A stretch of 64,000 nt of DNA from NCBI GenBank assembly GCA_963422645.2, contig CAXXVO010000011.1, positions 27,893 through 91,892 on the forward strand. Reading direction: 5' to 3'. The stretch is from Alphaproteobacteria bacterium. GTDB taxonomy: Bacteria > Pseudomonadota > Alphaproteobacteria > UBA828. The translations under genes were made by a program, and so were the position numbers. Below the pieces are notes generated by a model. It saw only the letters and a program-made list of their open reading frames with translations. It was not told the DNA's origin and did no database searches. Shown in pieces: positions 36,323 through 46,198 of this stretch (position 1 is its first letter; the number at the start of each line of letters is the position of its first letter).

Positions 36323-36995
36323 GGTCGCGGGCGTCACCGCCTTCTACGGCTCCTCGCAAGCGCTCTTCGGCGTCGACCTTGCCGTCGGCGAAGGCGAGGT
36401 GGTGGCGCTCATGGGCCGCAACGGCATGGGCAAGACCACCACCATCAGGACGATCTGCCGCATGATGCCGCACCGCGAAGGCCGCATCGCCTTCGCCGGC
36501 CACGACCTCGCGCGCCTGCCCTCGCACAGGGCGGCCTGGCTCGGCCTCGGGCTGGTGCCGGAGGGCCGGCGCTGCTTCCCAACTCTGACAGTACGCGAGA
36601 ACCTGATCGCCGCCGCCCGTCCCGGCCACTGGAGCTTGAACCGCGTCGTGGCGCTCTTCCCGCAGCTGGCGGAGCGCCGCAATCAGAAGGCCAACACGCT
36701 CTCCGGAGGCGAGCAGCAGATGCTCGCCATCGGCCGGGCGCTGATGACCAATCCCCGGCTGCTCATCCTGGACGAGGCAACGGAAGGGCTCGGCCCCCTC
36801 ATCCGCCGCGAAATCTGGTCGGTGATCGCGACGCTCAAGGAGGCAGGCCTTTCCATCCTCGTCGTCGACAAGTCGCTCAAGGAGCTCACCGCCGTCGCCG
36901 AGCGCTGCGTGATCCTGGAGAAGGGCGCGACCTGCTGGTCCGGCGCCAGCGCCGACCTCACGCCGGCATTGACCGACCGATACCTGGGGGTTTGA
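36306..36995 (+). CDS. livF: branched-chain amino acid ABC transporter ATP-binding protein
   Basis: ATG 36306 inside ORF 36180..36995 gives MTALLEVAGVTAFYG. It has Walker A GRNGMGKTT, signature LSGGEQQMLAIG and Walker B LILDEA. Confidence 0.9.
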   Translation: MTALLEVAGVTAFYGSSQALFGVDLAVGEGEVVALMGRNGMGKTTTIRTICRMMPHREGRIAFAGHDLARLPSHRAAWLGLGLVPEGRRCFPTLTVRENLIAAARPGHWSLNRVVALFPQLAERRNQKANTLSGGEQQMLAIGRALMTNPRLLILDEATEGLGPLIRREIWSVIATLKEAGLSILVVDKSLKELTAVAERCVILEKGATCWSGASADLTPALTDRYLGV

Positions 36996-37007
36996 GGCCG
37001 CCGCCCC

Positions 37008-37838
37008 TCAGAAGCTGATCGTCTTGAAGGCCTTGGTCTGCGCGGTCATCGCGACCTCAGTGGGCAGGCGCTCCATGCTGCTCGCACCGTAGAAGCCGTG
37101 CACGTGCCGGGCGTTCTGCAGCACATAAGTCGCGTCCTCGGGCGAGGCGATGGGCCCGCCGTGGCAGAGCACGATGACGTCCTTGCGCACGGCCATGGCC
37201 GCGAGTGCCCACGCGTCGATCAGCGAGACGCACTCCGCCAGCGACTTCGCCGTCTGCGCGCCGATGGTGCCGCTCGTGGTAAGCCCCATGTGGCAGACGA
37301 TGATGTCGGCGCCGGCCTCCGCCATGGCGACCGCGTCGTCCTCCGAGAAGACGTAGGGCGTGGTGAGCAGGTCGGCCTCGTGCGCCGCGCGGATCATCTC
37401 GACTTCCGGGCCGAAGCCCATGCCGGTCTCTTCCAGGTTGGCGCGGAAGACGCCGTCGATGAGGCCGACGGTCGGGAAGTTCTGTACGCCCGAGAAGCCC
37501 AGCGCCTTCAGCTCGTCCAGGAACCGGTCAAGCACCATGAAGGGGTCGGTGCCGTTGACGCCCGCCAGCACCGGCGTGTGGTGCACGACAGGGATCACCT
37601 CGTGGGCCATCTCCTTCACGATCTCGTTGGCGTTGCCGTAGGCGAGCAGGCCCGCAAGCGAGCCCCGCCCGGCCATGCGGTAGCGGCCCGAGTTGTAGAT
37701 CACGATGAGGTCGATGCCGCCGGCCTCCTCGCACTTGGCCGAGAGCCCGGTGCCCGCGCCGCCGCCGATGATCGGCTCGCGGCGGGCGACCATGCCCTGA
37801 AACTTCTCCAGCAGCGTTCGGCGGTCCATGCCCGGCAC
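37008..37838 (-). CDS. phosphoenolpyruvate hydrolase-like TIM-barrel protein (partner of UPF0261/Tm-1-like proteins)
   Basis: 276 aa with [33 protein letters not shown] and [12 protein letters not shown] motifs typical of this family. It is adjacent to a Tm-1-like gene, as is usual. Confidence 0.75.
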   Translation of the reverse strand: MPGMDRRTLLEKFQGMVARREPIIGGGAGTGLSAKCEEAGGIDLIVIYNSGRYRMAGRGSLAGLLAYGNANEIVKEMAHEVIPVVHHTPVLAGVNGTDPFMVLDRFLDELKALGFSGVQNFPTVGLIDGVFRANLEETGMGFGPEVEMIRAAHEADLLTTPYVFSEDDAVAMAEAGADIIVCHMGLTTSGTIGAQTAKSLAECVSLIDAWALAAMAVRKDVIVLCHGGPIASPEDATYVLQNARHVHGFYGASSMERLPTEVAMTAQTKAFKTISF

Positions 37839-37856
37839 CGGCGCTCTCCCAGGGGC

Positions 37857-39056
37857 TCAGGCGGCGATCTCGTTCCAGCTCTCGATGAGAGCCTGGGCGA
37901 AATCGGCGTCGTTGATGTGGAGGGGCAGGCGGATCAGGCGCCTTGCCGGGGTCTGCTCGACCGTCCGCTCCAGCGCCTCGAAGAGGGCGGCGTCGGCGTC
38001 CGGGTCGTGAAAGGGCATCCCCGGCGCGTCGATCAGCGAGACCCCCTGCTCCGGGATCAGGAAGCGCACCGGCCCCTGGCAGGCGTTGAGCTTCGCCCCG
38101 ATCCATTCGCCCATGGCGCGGTTCTCCTCCGCCGTCGTGCGCATCAGCGTCACGTTGGGATTGTGGATATGGAATGTGCGGCCTTCGTATTGCGCGGGCA
38201 CGCTCTCGCGCGCGCCGAAGTTCACCATGTCGAGCGCCCCGCAGGAGCCCACGTAGGGCAGGCCGGTCCGGGCGAAGGCGCCGAGCCGGTCCCCGCCCGC
38301 GCTGAAGACGCCGCCCATCAGGTGGTCGCACACCTCCGTCGTGGTGCTGTCGATGCAGCCCATCACCAGGCCGGAGTCGACCAGCTTCTCCATCGACTGC
38401 CCGCCGGTCCCGGTCGCGTGGAAGACCAGGCAGTCGTGGCGCGTCTCCAGCGCCGCGCGGACCATGTCGACGCAGGGCGTGGTCACGCCGAACATGGTGA
38501 GGCCGACGGCGGGCTTGTCCTCGGCCGCCGGCGCCTCGCCCCGCATCATGCCGGCGAGCGCGTGCGCCGCGTTGGAGAGCACCACCCGAGAAATCCGATT
38601 GAGCCCGGCGATGTCCACCACCGAGTACATCATGGTGATGTCGTTGGGCCCGACGTAGGGCGCGACGTTGCCCGAGGCGACGGTCGAAACCAGCACCCTC
38701 GGCACCCCGATGGGGAGCGCCTGCATGCCGATGGAAACGAGCGCGGTGTTGCCGGAGCCGCCGGCCCCGATCACGCCGCCGATGTCGTCGCGCGTCGGCA
38801 GGAAGCGCGCCAGCGCCTCGCCCATGGCGGCGACCGCCTGACCCCGGTCCTCCAGGCCGAGCACCGCGTCGGCGCCCTCCGGATGGTGGGCCGCGACCTC
38901 CGCCGCGCTCACGTCCACGCCGGCGGGCCGGTCGGCACCTCCGGTACCCACGTCCACGACGCACGCCTGCACTCCGTCCGCCGCGAGCAGGTCGCGGATG
39001 TAGAGCAGCTCCGCGCCCTTGGTGTCGAGGGTGCCGACGATATAGGCCCGCGTCAT
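37857..39056 (-). CDS. Tm-1-like ATP-binding (UPF0261) family protein
   Basis: 399 aa starting [22 protein letters not shown], with [10 protein letters not shown] and [12 protein letters not shown] motifs. Confidence 0.75.
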   Translation of the reverse strand: MTRAYIVGTLDTKGAELLYIRDLLAADGVQACVVDVGTGGADRPAGVDVSAAEVAAHHPEGADAVLGLEDRGQAVAAMGEALARFLPTRDDIGGVIGAGGSGNTALVSIGMQALPIGVPRVLVSTVASGNVAPYVGPNDITMMYSVVDIAGLNRISRVVLSNAAHALAGMMRGEAPAAEDKPAVGLTMFGVTTPCVDMVRAALETRHDCLVFHATGTGGQSMEKLVDSGLVMGCIDSTTTEVCDHLMGGVFSAGGDRLGAFARTGLPYVGSCGALDMVNFGARESVPAQYEGRTFHIHNPNVTLMRTTAEENRAMGEWIGAKLNACQGPVRFLIPEQGVSLIDAPGMPFHDPDADAALFEALERTVEQTPARRLIRLPLHINDADFAQALIESWNEIAA

Positions 39057-39087
39057 CGCCCCGCTCCCGCGTCTTCCCTGCGCGCGC

Positions 39088-40425
<1,338 letters not shown>

Positions 40426-40827
40426 GGACCGGGCACCTGGAATCGTGGTTGGCGTGGAAGCGCGCGATCCTAGCCCGGAACTCCCGCCGCGGCCACGGCC
40501 CGCGCGCCATCCACCGACGCGCGCTGGCGCGCGATGGGGACGGTGCGGGCAGCCAACAAATTTCTTGGCGGGATACGCCGGGATCGAGCGGGACAGGAGG
40601 GATGGCCTGCTTGCGCTCTTACCTGCGCGAAGGGACCAACACGCGGCACGCGATGCCGTGCGGGCGCTGAGGGCCCGCCTATCTCCCCCGTCGCGGCCCA
40701 TTCGATCTTGCACCCCATGCCGCGATGCTGGCGCACCTGCCCCGCGCCGTACCCCGCACCATGGTCCGGCTCGCGGGCGCGGTCAGGTGATGTCTCGCGC
40801 GCGAGAAGACGATCAATCCATGCCGCG

Positions 40828-41010
40828 CTAAACCGCGTCCTCCCGCTCCCGCCAGTGACGGGCGATGTCGATGCCGCGGCAGAGCCAGACCCGGTCCTGG
40901 GTCAGCACGTGGTCAATGAGTCCCCGCAAGGCAGCGAAACGGCCCGGACGGCCACGATCTAGAACCCGTCGGGTCTCATCCAATACATGCCCTTGGCGCT
41001 CGTCATCCAA
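40828..41010 (-). pseudogene. possible C-terminal remnant of a polysaccharide deacetylase/PuuE-like gene
   Basis: Only the last ~40 codons (GRPGRFAALRGLIDHVLTQDRVWLCRGIDIARHW) resemble the conserved C-terminus of that family. An in-frame stop lies just upstream. The support is weak. Confidence 0.3.
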
Positions 41011-41090
41011 ATAGTACCTCTCCCTGCGGCGGCCGCTAATTCAATCAGCGGCAACGACCGGATACGGAAGGTGCCGTCGAACTCCAACCT

Positions 41091-43649
41091 CAGAACTCCT
41101 GACATGGTGCAATTTCAAATGGCGGAAAGAGCCGGGGGCTGGAAGACGAATCGGAGTTGCGTTCCCGGATAGAGGTGCGATTCGGCGGTGAGATTTTCGC
41201 AGAGATGAGCGAGAGCGCGGTTGAATCGCGGGTTGGCCATGGAGTGGAAGCGGAGGATGAGTATCTGTCGTTCGGGTCGCGGGATCATGTCGGCCGGAAG
41301 CTGGTAGACCGCCTTGAGGAAAGTGCGGCCCTCCTCGGCATCGCGCATGAACAGCGGTGCGATCATGGGCAGCATCGCACTCTCGGCGCGGTATGCGATC
41401 ATGCGGATCAGGTCGGTGAAGCGCTTGCGTTCGATCTCGAGACGAACGATGTCCGCCTCGTCCATCACGGTCTTGGCCGACACCTTCTTCGGCAAGGCTC
41501 TCTTCCCGGCCCGGATCTCCTTGAGGATACGGTCGAACTCGCCGATCCATTCCCTGATGTCCGGCAGGTCCGGATCGCTCGGCTTCCGGTCGCGCAGTTC
41601 GCCGTAGCGAATGCGAAGCTTGTCGAGCGCCTTCTTCACGATCTTCCGGCTTTTCTCCAGAGCCTTGATCTGAGGATTTGCCATCGGGCGGTCGGGGTCT
41701 GCGGCTTCTGCGGCATAGCTGCACCGATGGTCGAGGGCGTATTCCTGGCGCATGTATTTGAAGTAGTTCTCCTGCCGCCATCGCGCGAACATCCGGGCGG
41801 CGACGGCGCCGGTCGACAGGTCGGTGCGCGTGGTCACGATCGAGGTCTGGTGGCCGTTGTCGCATAGCCTGCGAACTTCGCGCACTGTCAGAGAGTCACC
41901 GCCCCCGGTGCTGAGCGCGAGCGGCTTTTCGGCCAGCTTCCAGGTCATCGGCTTGCCTGCCTTCTGCCGGCCGCTCGGATCGACAACGGTGACGAAGTCC
42001 TGCTGTGGCCAGGGGGCGTAGCGACCCTTGCGATAGGTCATGATGTCGAAGCCGGCGATCGACCAGCGCTGGAAGGCAGCCGGGCTCCAGGCGCCGCGAT
42101 CGAACACCACGGTCGGCCGCGGCCCGGCGCCGACCTCGTCGCGGATTTTCGGGAGAACCGCGTTCTCAAGCATCGACAGCAGGTCGTCATTGGCTTCGGC
42201 GGTGACGAAGAACCAGGGCTGCGCCTGCGCGTCGTTCACCCAGGTATCGGAGGTCGCCGGCATGCACAGCCGACGCTGCGGCGACCAGGTCTTCGGGATC
42301 TTGTACTTGCGGCCATGATAGGGCCGGACATGGCCGTCGACATAGAGATAGCCCAGCGCCTCGGGGCGCGCCCAACGCCGGGCCAGCGCATCGGCGAAGT
42401 GGCGCGCCTTGCCCATGGCGCCGATTTCCGCGAGCTTGCGGCGCAAGGTCTTCACCTCCGGCGCGCGGTCGAGGCCGAGCAGCAGGCCGAGTTCGCCCGG
42501 CGCATGGGCTTTGAGCTGCTCCGGCGTGCGTATCCGCAGCAGCGCCATGAAGGTGAGCAACAACAGCACGCTGCACAGACCGAAGAAGCCCTTCTTGAGA
42601 TGGCCGTAGGCTTGCTCGCCGGCCGCGAACAGGCCCTGATCCAGCACCGCCGGCAGCGCCAGCAGCACACCGGCTCCCGGCACCGCTTCCGCCGCCTGCA
42701 CCTGCATCGGCGCCTCCGTCAGGCGGCCGGCCATCGCCAGAGTCCGTTCCTCAATCCGCTTGACGGCAACACCGGCGCTGCACTGCGCATCCGCCGCCGA
42801 ACGCAGCGACGGTCCCGGCCCGGTCTCCAGGATGCCCTGTGGGAGCGACAACGATACCGGCGCTTCCGTTCGCTGAGCGCCCGGCGCCGGTGCAGCTGCA
42901 ACCGAACCCTGCGCCGGCCCGGCACCCTTGCCTCCTCGCGCCGTCCGCTTGCCCGGCCGCACCAGCTTGCCGGTCTTGATCGCCGCCCTGACGCACCCTT
43001 CCGAGACCCCGACGGCACGCCCTGTTGCCGACACGCTCGCACCTGCGTCGAGCAGCTCCTGTGCCAGGGTGAGCTCGGCCCCGGCCAGCTTGTATCCTTT
43101 TCTTGGACGCGGCTTCGCGATGAGCGCCTCCAGCCCACCGTCGAGATACTTGTCACGATTGCGCCGGACGGTCTGCCCGCTGACACCCATCGCCCTTGCC
43201 AGAGCTTCGGCTGAGACCAGACGCTGTGCAGTGAGCATCGCCATTGCGTGGCGTTTCCCGAGGGCATCGTCTTCGGCATAGGTGAAGATCGGGCCCGCGC
43301 TGTTGAAAAAGACGACCCTTCCGTCCTCTTCGACCATTGCGAGCGTCTCGGAGATGACGATGGCGTTTTCCGGCCACAGCGGAAACTGAAGCTGCATCGG
43401 CTATGTTCCTGAACCGCGTTGTGCCCCTTTGCCGCGCATTGTAAGCGAGTTCGGCTGCTCACTACGAGGCCCCTTTACAGCGCCCATATCATTGACATTA
43501 GTTGGAATACCCTGCTATTCTGACCGCTTCTTTCTGCCGCTCGTCCCGCATCTTTTCGCCTCAACACTTGACATTACGAAGGTCGGCCGGCGGTTCCCAA
43601 AACATTCTCAATGATTCAATCACTTACCAGCGTAATGTCAGGAGTTCTG
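41091..43649 (-). mobile_element. intact copy of an unclassified insertion sequence (about 2.56 kb, one 760-aa transposase)
   Basis: The termini are CAGAACTCCTGACAT (41091-) and ATGTCAGGAGTTCTG (-43649). The element is flanked by AACCT at 41086-41090 and 43650-43654. If the adjacent T/A belong to the IS, the duplication is 3 bp (ACC). Confidence 0.85.
41115..43397 (-). CDS. DDE-type transposase, unclassified family (N-terminal HTH domains, IS4-superfamily-like catalytic motifs)
   Basis: 760 aa with HTH-like segments (ALARAMGVSGQTVRRNRDKY; ATGRAVGVSEGCVRAAI). Candidate DDE residues lie in YLYVDGHV, TVVFDRGAW and MFARWRQENYFKYMRQ (a Y-R-E-K-like signature). The element has bounded IRs and a TSD. 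Family assignment is not possible by eye. Confidence 0.75.
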   Translation of the reverse strand: MQLQFPLWPENAIVISETLAMVEEDGRVVFFNSAGPIFTYAEDDALGKRHAMAMLTAQRLVSAEALARAMGVSGQTVRRNRDKYLDGGLEALIAKPRPRKGYKLAGAELTLAQELLDAGASVSATGRAVGVSEGCVRAAIKTGKLVRPGKRTARGGKGAGPAQGSVAAAPAPGAQRTEAPVSLSLPQGILETGPGPSLRSAADAQCSAGVAVKRIEERTLAMAGRLTEAPMQVQAAEAVPGAGVLLALPAVLDQGLFAAGEQAYGHLKKGFFGLCSVLLLLTFMALLRIRTPEQLKAHAPGELGLLLGLDRAPEVKTLRRKLAEIGAMGKARHFADALARRWARPEALGYLYVDGHVRPYHGRKYKIPKTWSPQRRLCMPATSDTWVNDAQAQPWFFVTAEANDDLLSMLENAVLPKIRDEVGAGPRPTVVFDRGAWSPAAFQRWSIAGFDIMTYRKGRYAPWPQQDFVTVVDPSGRQKAGKPMTWKLAEKPLALSTGGGDSLTVREVRRLCDNGHQTSIVTTRTDLSTGAVAARMFARWRQENYFKYMRQEYALDHRCSYAAEAADPDRPMANPQIKALEKSRKIVKKALDKLRIRYGELRDRKPSDPDLPDIREWIGEFDRILKEIRAGKRALPKKVSAKTVMDEADIVRLEIERKRFTDLIRMIAYRAESAMLPMIAPLFMRDAEEGRTFLKAVYQLPADMIPRPERQILILRFHSMANPRFNRALAHLCENLTAESHLYPGTQLRFVFQPPALSAI

Positions 43650-43652
43650 AAC

Positions 43653-44120
43653 CTAGACTCGCGGAGGGATCTCTGGCTTCATCCGCTTGACTAAGTCTTT
43701 GTCGATCTTCGAACAAATGTCTTCGTTCAATAGTATTTTACCAGTCGAACACTGACCCACGCCCAGTCCAAGACGGAATAGTTCAAATCCTGACCGCGTT
43801 GGAGCTACTACAATTCCGGGCGTCTTGACCCAATCGAATTTTACATGTTCCGCATCTCCCCAAGCCATATTATTCGATATTAGCCCGTCATCCATGAGTC
43901 CATGCAAAGAGTGAGAAATTGTATCCGAGCTGCGTTCCTGTAACTCTTCTGGCCTCGCGTCGTCATAGACACCCATTTCGCGCAGATAGGAGTCAAAGGA
44001 CAAAAGTATTTGAAGTTTCTGGACTTGTCTGTTGTCATTAATATTAGCTCTAGATCCGAAGTGCCCGATCAGAACACAAGAATAAATCAAGTAATGCGAC
44101 TTAATTTGCGCAGACGACAT
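43653..44120 (-). CDS. hypothetical protein, AT-rich orphan ORF
   Basis: 155-aa ORF in a ~540-bp patch of markedly lower GC (around 40% by eye). I do not recognise a family. Its stop codon overlaps the IS target duplication at 43650-43654. Confidence 0.45.
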   Translation of the reverse strand: MSSAQIKSHYLIYSCVLIGHFGSRANINDNRQVQKLQILLSFDSYLREMGVYDDARPEELQERSSDTISHSLHGLMDDGLISNNMAWGDAEHVKFDWVKTPGIVVAPTRSGFELFRLGLGVGQCSTGKILLNEDICSKIDKDLVKRMKPEIPPRV

Positions 44121-44192
44121 ATTTTGTATTATCTTTAGCGCCCTGATGCCTCGATCGTCTCTTCCATCTCGTGTCCTCGATGCGGCAAGTAT

Positions 44193-44413
44193 CAGACTTC
44201 CTGACCTCTGCTGATTTTAGGTGACACGAGCCGCGCGGATTCCGAGGCCCCGTCGATGTCGTAGACTATGCGCAGACGGGTGCCGGGGAAGACCGTTTCG
44301 GTGGCGTTCAGGTCGCTCAGAACCGCATCGATCCAACGGTCGCAGGCGTCGTTTGCGAGGCCAAGAATGTGGACCCGCAGGAGGCCATTGCCAGGATCCG
44401 GCAGGATGTCGGC
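44193..44413. repeat. 221-bp exact copy of the left end of the outer IS (identical to 17336-17556), truncated by a Tn7-like terminus
   Basis: By base-by-base reading, the two stretches match from CAGACTTCCTGACCTCTGCTGATTTTAGG... to ...CCGGCAGGATGTCGGC. The ORF-track peptides from both loci are identical over this span. The sequences diverge exactly where TGTGGGCGG begins (44414). Confidence 0.9.
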
Positions 44414-44863
44414 TGTGGGCGGACGAAAGTCGTTGTGAATCGGGTTAAGGGGTGGAATCAGGCGGAAGGGTACGGAAGATGGCGGAATCTCAAGGGGATG
44501 CGGGGCGTCGTCAACGGCGGGTGCGTCGCGGCGGGCGGACGAAAGTCTTTGCGAATCCGGTCTGGAAGCGACCGTGAATCGGCTGGAAACGATGATTTTC
44601 GGGGCGTTTCAGGGGTGCTGAAAGGCCTGTAAATCGGGGCGGTTCCGGGGGTGTCGCAAGACCCCTGAAACGCCCCGAAAATTGCCGTTTCCAGCCAATT
44701 CACGGCCTCTGCACGGCCCGATTCGCAAAGACTTCCGTCCGCACGCCAGCCGCCGCACCGCCACCGTGCCGCCGCGCATCCCCTTGAGATTCCGCCACCT
44801 TCCGCCCGATTCCGCCTGATTCCACCCCTTGACCCGATTCACAACGACTTTCGTCCGTCTACA
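44414..44863. mobile_element. gene-less miniature Tn7-like element: two ~200-bp inverted arms with repeated TnsB-type sites
   Basis: The left terminus is TGTGGGCGGACGAAAGTCGTTGTGAATCGGG. The reverse complement of the right terminus is TGTAGACGGACGAAAGTCGTTGTGAATCGGG. Each arm carries further copies (GGACGAAAGTCTTTGCGAATCCGG / GGACGGAAGTCTTTGCGAATCGGG, then ..CCGTGAATCGGC / ..CCGTGAATTGGC). The first 11 nt equal the Tn7 end as I recall it (TGTGGGCGGAC). Confidence 0.65.
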
Positions 44864-45300
44864 GCCGGCTCGTCGGCATCGGCTCGCTGCTGGTGCGCCA
44901 CGCCGGCGGCGGCGGGGCCGACACGCTCGACGGTAACATGATCGTGCCGATCGACTTGTTGCCGCCGATCCTGGACGACATGCAGACGCTGGGCCGCACC
45001 CAGCACCCGCCGCGGCCTTGGCTCGGCGCCTATGTGACCGAAGTCGACGAGGCGCTCGTCGTCGCCGGCCTCGCGCCGGAGGGGCCGGCCGAGCAGGCGG
45101 AACTGCAGGTCGGCGACCAGGTGCTCGCGGTGAACCGACAGCCGGTCAGCAGCCTTGTCGAGCTCTTCCGCAGCGTCTGGGCGGTGGGCGCGGCGGGCGT
45201 TGCCGTGCCCCTCACCGTCATGCGGAACGGCGAGCCCCACGAAGTGCGGGTACTGAGCGCAACCCGCGACGAGTTTATGAAGACCCCGCAGCTGCACTGA
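44864..45300 (+). pseudogene. 3' fragment of a trypsin-like (S1C/DegP-type) serine protease gene with PDZ domain
   Basis: The frame is open from the element boundary: SRLVGIGSLLVRHAGGG...PWLGAYVTEVDEALVVAGLAPEGPAEQAELQVGDQVLAVN (PDZ-like). The catalytic N-terminal domain is absent. Confidence 0.7.
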
Positions 45301-46192
45301 CGACGCCGGGCGTGAGCCAGGCCGCGCCGCGCAGGCCGCTCTCCGGCCCGAAGCGCGCGCGGACCAGCCGGGTGGTGGGCCGGGCCACGCTCGCGTGCTC
45401 GCCCCAGGCGGCAGGCACGAGGCGATAGAGCGCCGCGATCTCCGAAAGGCCGCCGCCCAGCACAATCACGTCGGGGTCGAGCAGGTTGATGACGCCGGCG
45501 AGCGCTTGGGCCAGGCGCTCGGCATAGCGGGTCACGGCGTCCGCCGCCCGAGCCTCCCCTGCCGCCGCCCGCGCGCCGATCTCTGCGGCCGTGGCCTGGC
45601 CGCCGCCAAGCGCAGCGTAATCGCGCGCGAGCGCCGCCCCGTTGAGCCAGGTTTCGACGCAACCTTGGGCGAAGCGTCCGCAGGCGCAAGGCACGCCGGC
45701 TCCCTCAGGCGTGGGCCACGGGTTGTGCCCCCACTCGCCGGCGGTGGCGTTGGCGCCCACCAGGGCCTCGCCCCGCACCACCAGCCCACCGCCCACGCCA
45801 GTGCCGAGGATCACACCGAACACCACCTCCGCCCCTGCGGCGGCGCCGTCGGTGGCTTCGGAGAGGGCGAAGCAGTTGGCGTCGTTGGCGAGCGAGACCG
45901 GGCAACCCAGCCGCACCTCCAGGGCCCGGCGCAAGGGCTGCCCTTCGAGCCAGGGCAGGTTGACGATCATGCTGATCTCGCCGTCCCGGGTGATGATGCC
46001 GGGGAGGCTCACGCCCACGCTGGGCGCGTGCACGCCTGCGCCCGCGAGCTCAACCACCATATCGGTGACCGCGTCGACCATACCGTCGAAGCTCCTCGGC
46101 ACCGGCCGGCGGAAGCGCGCGCGCTCCTGCCCGTCGTCGTCGAGGCCGATGGCGGCGAGCTTGGTGCCGCCGATATCGAAGCCGATGTGCAT
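45275..46192 (-). CDS. nagK: ROK-family sugar kinase, probably N-acetylglucosamine kinase
   Basis: 305 aa starting MHIGFDIGGTK, with ANDANCFALSE, GTGVGGG and Zn-motif cysteines (CACGRFAQGC). It lies directly downstream of nagA. Confidence 0.8.
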   Translation of the reverse strand: MHIGFDIGGTKLAAIGLDDDGQERARFRRPVPRSFDGMVDAVTDMVVELAGAGVHAPSVGVSLPGIITRDGEISMIVNLPWLEGQPLRRALEVRLGCPVSLANDANCFALSEATDGAAAGAEVVFGVILGTGVGGGLVVRGEALVGANATAGEWGHNPWPTPEGAGVPCACGRFAQGCVETWLNGAALARDYAALGGGQATAAEIGARAAAGEARAADAVTRYAERLAQALAGVINLLDPDVIVLGGGLSEIAALYRLVPAAWGEHASVARPTTRLVRARFGPESGLRGAAWLTPGVVSAAAGSS

Positions 46193-46198
46193 CGTCCC

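Noticed and set aside
40426-40827. 400-bp gap upstream of the aminotransferase with several 70-140-aa ORFs
   Set aside because: No frame shows coding-like composition or motifs. I treat it as a promoter region or decayed DNA next to the insertion hotspot.
43770-43800. tRNA-like T-loop strings (GTTCAAATCC here, GGTTCGATC near 1180)
   Set aside because: The flanking bases do not form T-stems or acceptor stems. The first string is inside the AT-rich ORF.
44221-44842. ORFs 44221..44448, 44369..44632, 44458..44703 and 44609..44842 (75-87 aa); also 17364..17567
   Set aside because: They lie in the IS-end fragment (antisense to the transposase frame) or within the inverted arms of the miniature element. 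The mirrored peptides are artefacts of the palindrome.
44414-44863. Interpretation of the palindromic element as Tn3-family IRs (motif ...GTTAAG) or as IS66 ends
   Set aside because: The termini start TGT rather than GGGG or GTAA. They carry multiple internal copies of a ~22-bp motif and match the Tn7 terminal sequence better.
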